A stretch of 39,031 bases of DNA from Planctomycetota bacterium. GTDB lineage: Bacteria; Planctomycetota; MHYJ01; JACPRB01. Of this stretch, positions 33,395-39,031 are shown piece by piece; position 1 is the stretch's first letter; every line of letters starts with the position of its first letter. Below the pieces are notes generated by a model. The model did not search any database, was not told the DNA's origin, and saw only the letters and a program-made list of their open reading frames with translations. Position numbers and translations under genes: made by a program. The DNA is taken from positions 1 to 39,031 of the forward strand of contig DASXTT010000113.1 in assembly GCA_036505255.1 (NCBI GenBank), given 5' to 3'.

Positions 33395-36352
33395 TCAGGG
33401 CTTGCCGTTCACGCGCTCCCGCGCCGACCGGATGGCGGGCTCGAGGCGGCTCCCGTATGAGGAGTCGATGCTGACGGCTTTCTCGAAATCGCGAAGGGCA
33501 TCGGCGTACCGGGCGAGCCGCAGCAGGATCTGTCCGCGATGCTCATAGACGGCGGCCGCTTCCGAGGCCAGCTGGACCGCCGCCTCCGCGGCCTCGAGGG
33601 CCTCGGTCCCCCGGTCCAGCGCTTCCAGCGCCCGGGCCCGCAGGAGGAGCGGCCACGCATCCCGGGGCTCCAGCTCGGAGGCCCGCTTGAAGAGCGGGAG
33701 CGCCTCTTCGGGCTCGCCCTTCCGGAGGCGCGCGAGACCTCCTCCGGCGGCCGCCAGGGCCGAGGAGGGCTCCAGGCCCGCCGCCGCGGCGAACGCCTCG
33801 CCGGCGCCGGCGAACCCGCCGCGCTCGATGAGAATCCGGCCCTTCACGAGCAGGGGGGCCGAGCGGTCGGGCGCGAGAGTCCGCGCCTCCTCCAGATCCG
33901 TGTCCGCCCCGGCCGCGTCGCCCCGCCTATGGCGGACCCACGCCCGGGCCAGTTTCGGTCCGGGATCGGCGGGCGCGTAGCGAATGGCGACGCCGAGGTC
34001 GGCGTCGGCCCCCGCCAGATCCTCGGCACCCAGGCGCGCCCAGCCGCGCAGCCGCCACGCGTCGGTGTCGGCGGGGAATTTCTCCAGGTACCGGTCGAGG
34101 ACGGCCGCGGCCTCCGCCGGTTTCCCGTCGAGCCATCGCAGGGCCGCCTGGGCGAAATCGTCCCGCGCCGGGTCGCGGGCGACCAGGGACCAGACGCTCG
34201 TGAGATCGACGTGCGCGCGTTCCCGTTCCTCGGCATGCGCCGGTGACGACGGAATCCCGTCAGGCCTGAAGTCGACGAGGAGGCCTTCCATGACCCGGGC
34301 CAGCCGGACTCTCGCCCGATCGCAGAGGGCCGCCGTGAGATCCGGGGCCCGGGCCAGCGCGGCGGTGAGGTCCTCCTCCGCCGCCGGTCCCGCTCCGCGG
34401 AGCATGCGCGCCCGCGCCCTCAGGTGCAGCGCTTCTTCGTGGTTGGGCACAATCTTCAGCGCCTCGTCGAGGATTTTCTCGACGGCCGCGACCCGCTCGA
34501 GGATTCCCGCACCGTCGAGCCCCACCTGCCTCGGGATCATCTCGAGCATCGTCCGCGCCGACCCAACCTGGGGGGCCACCTGGCGCCGCTTCTCGTCCAG
34601 GGCGAGCTCGCGGATGAATTCATCCCTCTGCGAAGCGATGCGCTGCACGACCCACTGGTGGAACTGGGTCATTCCGGGGTCTTCGGGGCGAAGCCGGAGG
34701 GCGGCTTGCGCGTGGAGCAGCGCCTCCTGATATTTCCGCTCGTCGAAGCTGCGCTGGGCCTCCCCCCTGAGCCGCGAGAATTCCCGCGAGTCCCGCGACA
34801 TGAGATACAGGACCAGGCTCCCGGACACCGCGAAGAGGGCCAGGGAGACCGCGGCGAGGGCGGTCGACTTGTTCTTGCGGATTCGCCGGAAGGCCCGGAT
34901 GGGCCACGGCTGGGGCCGCGCCAGGATCGGCTCGCCGTCGAGGTAGCGGCGCAGGTCGTCCGCGAACTCTCCCGCGGTCGCGTACCGGAGCGCGGGGTCC
35001 TTGTCGATCGCCTTCAGGCAGATCGTCTGAAGGTCGGGATGGACGCGCTCGTTGAAGACGCGCGGGGGCGGGGGCTCCTCGGTCAGGATCTTGTGGAAGA
35101 TTTCCACGCTGTTCTGGGCGACGTGAGGCGTGCGCCCGCAGAGGATCTCGTAGAGGATCACGCCGAGCGAATAGAGGTCGCTGCGCGGGCCGACGAGCCG
35201 CGTCTCCCCGCGGATCTGCTCCGGCGCCATGTAGTAGGGGGTCCCGAGGAAGCTCCCGTCGCGCGTCAGCATGGCGCGCTTGGGGTCGTCGAGGAACTTG
35301 GCGAGGCCGAAGTCCATGACGTGCGGCTCGCCGTTGAGGTCGATCATGATGTTCGCCGGCTTCAGGTCCCTGTGGACGATGCCCTGCTCGTGCGCGTGGT
35401 GGACGGCGCGGACCACCTTCTCGAGGCGCGCGATCATGTCGCGCACCTTGAATCCTCGGGCGAGGTGGGTCGTGAGGGGGTCGCCCTCGATGTAGTCCAT
35501 CGCGAGGTAGTGCATCCCCGCTTCCTGGCCCGCGTCGTGGATCGCCACGATGTTCGGGTGGCGGAGGCGCGCCTCGGCCTGCGCCTCGCGCTTGAAACGG
35601 TCGAGCACTTCGGCGGAGGCCATCTCGGTCTCGCGCAGGATTTTCAGGGCGAAGACCGTGTTCAGGTCCCGGTGGGCCGCCTTGTAGACGATGCCCATCC
35701 CGCCGCGGCCCAGTTCCTCGAGGATGGCGTACCGGCCGAACTGCGTTCCCACCTCCGCGGCGCGTTTCGCCGTCGCGGCCCCCATCGGGCCGGCCGGAGC
35801 CCCCTCGGGCTCCACCTGCGGGATCGGCACCACCGTCCCGCACCGCCGGCACGCGAACTTGGCCCCGCGATCTTTCTCGTCGAATCGGTAGAAGGTGTCG
35901 CAACCGGGACAGCGCACGATGGAGCGCCGCTGGACTTTGAGGATCTCGAGGAACTGTCCCGTCTGGAGCCAGCCCTTCCGGAGCAGGATCTGTCCGAGCA
36001 TCGCCGGGGAGCCGGAGCGCGAGAGGAGCGCCTGCTCCTCGAGCGCCTGGTTCACGTTTTCGGCCGCGACGAAGCCGAGGTCGAGCGCGATCTGCCCGAA
36101 GAGCCCGCCCCGGGCCGGGTCGGCGGCCACGATCCGGACCTGGCGGGTCTGGATGTCGAGGATCGCGGCGAGCCGCTTCGGGGTGATGTATCCCTTGTCG
36201 ATGAGGATCTCGCCCAGCTTGCGCGGCGCGGTCGCCTGTTTCTGGAGCGAGACGCACTCCTCGACCTGCTGGGCCGAAACGAAGCCCTCGCGGACGGCCA
36301 GGGAGCCGAGGAGCCGGTCGTCGCCTCCGCGCGTGGCAGCGGGATCAGACAC
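33395..36352 (-). CDS. Hanks-type Ser/Thr kinase with two N-terminal MshEN-like modules, zinc ribbon, TM helix and a long TPR region
   Basis: Start set at GTG 36352, with GGAGG 6 nt upstream. Four 24-aa repeats ending in Q. CPGC..CRRC. Kinase motifs LGRGGMGIVY, FALKIL, HRDLKPANIMI, DFGLAK, GTPYYMAPEQ. TM helix ALAAVSLALFAVSGSLVLYL. TPR-like repeats run to the C-terminus. Confidence 0.88.
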   Translation of the reverse strand: MSDPAATRGGDDRLLGSLAVREGFVSAQQVEECVSLQKQATAPRKLGEILIDKGYITPKRLAAILDIQTRQVRIVAADPARGGLFGQIALDLGFVAAENVNQALEEQALLSRSGSPAMLGQILLRKGWLQTGQFLEILKVQRRSIVRCPGCDTFYRFDEKDRGAKFACRRCGTVVPIPQVEPEGAPAGPMGAATAKRAAEVGTQFGRYAILEELGRGGMGIVYKAAHRDLNTVFALKILRETEMASAEVLDRFKREAQAEARLRHPNIVAIHDAGQEAGMHYLAMDYIEGDPLTTHLARGFKVRDMIARLEKVVRAVHHAHEQGIVHRDLKPANIMIDLNGEPHVMDFGLAKFLDDPKRAMLTRDGSFLGTPYYMAPEQIRGETRLVGPRSDLYSLGVILYEILCGRTPHVAQNSVEIFHKILTEEPPPPRVFNERVHPDLQTICLKAIDKDPALRYATAGEFADDLRRYLDGEPILARPQPWPIRAFRRIRKNKSTALAAVSLALFAVSGSLVLYLMSRDSREFSRLRGEAQRSFDERKYQEALLHAQAALRLRPEDPGMTQFHQWVVQRIASQRDEFIRELALDEKRRQVAPQVGSARTMLEMIPRQVGLDGAGILERVAAVEKILDEALKIVPNHEEALHLRARARMLRGAGPAAEEDLTAALARAPDLTAALCDRARVRLARVMEGLLVDFRPDGIPSSPAHAEERERAHVDLTSVWSLVARDPARDDFAQAALRWLDGKPAEAAAVLDRYLEKFPADTDAWRLRGWARLGAEDLAGADADLGVAIRYAPADPGPKLARAWVRHRRGDAAGADTDLEEARTLAPDRSAPLLVKGRILIERGGFAGAGEAFAAAAGLEPSSALAAAGGGLARLRKGEPEEALPLFKRASELEPRDAWPLLLRARALEALDRGTEALEAAEAAVQLASEAAAVYEHRGQILLRLARYADALRDFEKAVSIDSSYGSRLEPAIRSARERVNGKP

Positions 36353-36488
36353 GGCGAACCTCCGATGTCGATGGCGGGCGGGGATCGGCAGGCGGGCCGT
36401 TCCCCCCTGCGGCCAAAGTATACCTGATGGGCCCGCGGCCGGGTGGCGCGCTCCCCTTTTCGCCCCTCGTGGGGTATAACGGAGGCCC

Positions 36489-39031
36489 ATGGCGGACGCC
36501 CCCGAAAAGGATCTCGCCAAAGACGGACTGCTCGCGATCGCGCCGCGCGACCCGACCGGCCGCCCCACCCTCGGCGGAATCCCTCTCTACAAGAAACTCG
36601 GCCAGGGGGGGATGGGCGCGGTCTACCTGGGAAAACACCCGCGGCTCGGCGTCGAGGTCGCCGTCAAGATCCTCCCTTTTCACCTCGCCGACCAGGACCC
36701 CAACGCCATCGAGTATTTCATGCGGGAGGCGAACGTCGCCGCGCGGCTGAACCACCCGAGCCTGGTGCGCATCTTCGACGTCAACGTCGACGGCGATCCC
36801 AAGGCGGGCTCGGCGATCTGGTACCTGGTCATGGAGTTCGTCTCGGGCCTGACCGGGGGAAAGCTCATCCGCGAGCGCATGAAAGGCGGGAAGGGGCCCC
36901 TGTCGGAAGCGGACGCGCTCGATCTCCTGCTCACCGTGAGCGACGGCCTCGCCGCCGCCCACGAGGAGAATTTCGTCCACCGCGACATCAAGCCTGAGAA
37001 CATCATCATCCCCCTCTCCCCCGAGGGCGAGCCGCAGTTCCGGAAAGCGAAGCTCATGGACCTCGGCCTCGCCAAGCTCCTGTCCGAGGAACGGTCCATC
37101 GGGTTGACGGGGACAAACGTGGCCATGGGGACGCCGGGCTACATGGCGCCCGAACAGGCGGAAAACGCGAAGGGGGCGGGCCCGCCCTCGGACGTCTTCG
37201 CGATGGGCGCGACGCTCTACACGCTCCTGACGGGATCGGCGCCGTTCACGGGGACCACCGTCCTTCACGTCCTGAAGAAGACGAGCGAAGAGCCCCATCC
37301 GCCCCTGCGGAACGTCAACCCCGCCGTGAGCCGGCCGACGGAGGTCCTCGTCGACACCTGCCTCGCCAAGCGACCCGAGGCGCGGTACGCGAGCGCGGGC
37401 GTGCTTCGCGAGGCGCTGAAGGCGTGCCGCCAATCCCTCGGCGGCGAGATTTCCACCGACCGGACGCTCGCCTCGCTCCAGAATCTCGCCTCGGTCGCCT
37501 CCACCGACCCGACGGTCCGGGCGCCCTCCCCGTCGATCCTCCCTTCGGCCTCCCCCCGGACCGGCGTGACGGCGAAGACGCCCGAGCCCGAGGTGGCGGC
37601 CCCGTCCGTACCGGCGCCGGCTCCCGCGGCACCCTCCTCGCCGGGTCCGGCGCGGAGATCGAAGGCGCCGCTTCTCGTCGCCGCGGCGGCGGTCGCCCTC
37701 CTGGCCGCGGCCGGAATCGGAGCCTTCATCGTTTTCCGGCCCGGCGGGAGAGGATCCTCCGAGAAGACCGACCCCGGGAAAAAAGAAATCCCCCCCGACG
37801 CGGCCGGCGCCGAATTCGCCCAGGCCATGCGTGACGCGGAAGGCGCCCTCAACGATGAGGACTACGCGAAGGCGGAAGCGCTGTACAAGGAGGCGCGTCA
37901 CCTCAGGCCCCAGTCCTCGGAGGCCGAGGAGGGAGAGCGCCGGGCCCGCCAGCTCACGGAGCAGGCTTCGTCGGTCGCCACCGCCGTGGGCGACGCCGAA
38001 GCGCTCGCCGTGTCGAAGGATTACGCTTCCGCATGGCAGAAACTCCGGACGGCCATCGACCGCCACCCCGACGCGATCACCCTCCGAACCGCGTCGGCGA
38101 AGCTGGCCCTCGACCACGGGACGTACGCCTGGCTCGGCCTCGCCCTCAACGACGCCAACGTCGCCCTCCGGCTGGCGGGCCCGAAGCGCAAGCCCGCGGC
38201 GACCCAGCTGCGCGACAAGCTGGAGGCGAAGAAGAAATCGGCGGAAGCGGCGGGCGGAGTGCTTCCCCAGATCCAGCTCGCGATCGACCGCGGCGATTGG
38301 GACGCCGCGGAAAAGCTGCTCGACCAGGTCGAACCCGCGGAGCGAGGCGCATTCACGCGCGCGATCGAGCAGGGCCGGAAGTGGCAGGCGGCCATGGCGC
38401 GGGGAAAAAAGGCGGAGGAGTCGCGCCAGTGGCCCGAGGCGCTCGCGGCGTACCACGAGGCGCTCTTGTTGAAGTCCGACCCCGCGACGGACGAGGCCAT
38501 CCGGCGCGCCGAACAGGAAGTCAAGTCGCAGTACGGAGCGGAGTGCGACGGGGCCCTGCACGAGGCCAAGGGCGGTCGCTTCGACGAGGCGCGGCGCCAC
38601 CTGGCGGCCGCCGAACAGCTGACGCCCTCCGGCCTGCGCCACAACAAGCTCAAGGACGAGATCCAGTTCCTGGAGCACCTCGCGGAGGCGCGCAAGCTCC
38701 GCCGGGACGGGAAGAACGCCGACGCCCTCGCGGCCGCGCGGAGGGCGCTCGCGCTCCGCGGCGATTCGCCCGAGGCCCGGACGCTCGTCGAGGAGCTTGG
38801 ACGCGAAGGCCCGCTCGCCGGGGCGAAGGCGGCGCTGGCCGGCGGCGACCGCGCGACGGCCGCGCGGCTCGCGCGCGCCGCGGCCGCGGACAACCCCGCG
38901 GCCCCCGAGCTGAAAGACCTCGAGCGGGAGCTGTGGCCCGACCTGTTCGCTGAAAAGGCCAAGTCCCCGGCGGCCGGGCCCGTTGACGACCTGGCCGCCG
39001 CCTCCGACGGGCGAATCGTCGGCACGGGGGG
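36489..39031 (+). CDS. Third Hanks-type Ser/Thr kinase with TM helix and TPR-like region; 3'-truncated by the window end and absent from the supplied ORF track
   Basis: I translated this frame codon by codon and found no stop from ATG 36489 to nt 39031. Motifs: LGQGGMGAVYLG, VAVKIL, HRDIKPENIII, DLGLAK, GTPGYMAPEQ. TM helix LLVAAAAVALLAAAGIGAFIVF. Repeated helical Ala/Glu/Arg-rich pairs follow. GGAGG precedes the ATG. Confidence 0.85.
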   Translation, partial: MADAPEKDLAKDGLLAIAPRDPTGRPTLGGIPLYKKLGQGGMGAVYLGKHPRLGVEVAVKILPFHLADQDPNAIEYFMREANVAARLNHPSLVRIFDVNVDGDPKAGSAIWYLVMEFVSGLTGGKLIRERMKGGKGPLSEADALDLLLTVSDGLAAAHEENFVHRDIKPENIIIPLSPEGEPQFRKAKLMDLGLAKLLSEERSIGLTGTNVAMGTPGYMAPEQAENAKGAGPPSDVFAMGATLYTLLTGSAPFTGTTVLHVLKKTSEEPHPPLRNVNPAVSRPTEVLVDTCLAKRPEARYASAGVLREALKACRQSLGGEISTDRTLASLQNLASVASTDPTVRAPSPSILPSASPRTGVTAKTPEPEVAAPSVPAPAPAAPSSPGPARRSKAPLLVAAAAVALLAAAGIGAFIVFRPGGRGSSEKTDPGKKEIPPDAAGAEFAQAMRDAEGALNDEDYAKAEALYKEARHLRPQSSEAEEGERRARQLTEQASSVATAVGDAEALAVSKDYASAWQKLRTAIDRHPDAITLRTASAKLALDHGTYAWLGLALNDANVALRLAGPKRKPAATQLRDKLEAKKKSAEAAGGVLPQIQLAIDRGDWDAAEKLLDQVEPAERGAFTRAIEQGRKWQAAMARGKKAEESRQWPEALAAYHEALLLKSDPATDEAIRRAEQEVKSQYGAECDGALHEAKGGRFDEARRHLAAAEQLTPSGLRHNKLKDEIQFLEHLAEARKLRRDGKNADALAAARRALALRGDSPEARTLVEELGREGPLAGAKAALAGGDRATAARLARAAAADNPAAPELKDLERELWPDLFAEKAKSPAAGPVDDLAAASDGRIVGTG

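Noticed and set aside
36487-36492. CCATGG giving an ATG on both strands, implying that kinase 2 starts at 36490 (MGLRYTPRG...) or at 36568
   Set aside because: The resulting N-terminal extension is R/G/P-rich and would overlap the divergent kinase 3 start and promoter region. GTG 36352, with GGAGG 6 nt upstream, immediately precedes the conserved repeats.

Overview
A 39 kb bacterial chromosomal segment of roughly 70% GC. Lineage cannot be determined from the sequence alone. The gene content (several Hanks-type kinases, an ECF sigma factor, secreted HEAT/TPR proteins, lipoproteins) resembles Planctomycetota- or Myxococcota-style genomes.

Gene order, left to right:
- A 5'-truncated tyrosine integrase abuts tRNA-Gly(GCC), so this looks like a genomic-island junction with the island lying off-window to the left.
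- Next come a thioesterase and a small helical protein.
- A polyphosphate neighbourhood follows: two translationally coupled PPK2 genes, PPK1, and a CHAD-PPX operon. It is interrupted by a large hypothetical protein, an M20 amidohydrolase lipoprotein, a thioredoxin, RmuC, a prolyl oligopeptidase lipoprotein and a SEC-C protein.
- Then an AT-hook/winged-helix DNA-binding protein, pyrE, an ECF sigma factor, a lipoprotein, a STAS-PP2C phosphatase, a secreted HEAT protein, tRNA-Met(CAT), a small secreted protein, an orphan ThiF/MoeB-type E1, and a poly-Gly double zinc-ribbon protein.
- From about 23.6 kb to the window end lies a dense signalling cluster. It contains a secreted transglutaminase-like protein, an FHA-GAF protein with a degenerate sigma54-type AAA+ domain, a kinase with an N-terminal T2SSE_N/MshEN-like module and zinc ribbon, a 1353-aa degenerate GGDEF-STAND NTPase-HEAT protein, a second kinase with two MshEN-like modules and TPRs, and a third kinase-TPR gene.

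Most notable observations:
1. The thioredoxin carries an in-frame TGA at the position of the first active-site Cys, with a downstream hairpin, so it is a candidate selenoprotein.
2. The kinase / MshEN-like / degenerate-GGDEF / FHA cluster may link c-di-GMP sensing to Ser/Thr phosphorylation.
3. The third kinase ORF (36489..39031) has no stop in the window and is missing from the supplied ORF track.

Most long R/G/P/A-rich ORFs in the track are antisense or out-of-frame shadows typical of high-GC DNA. No CRISPR array, rRNA or transposase was seen.
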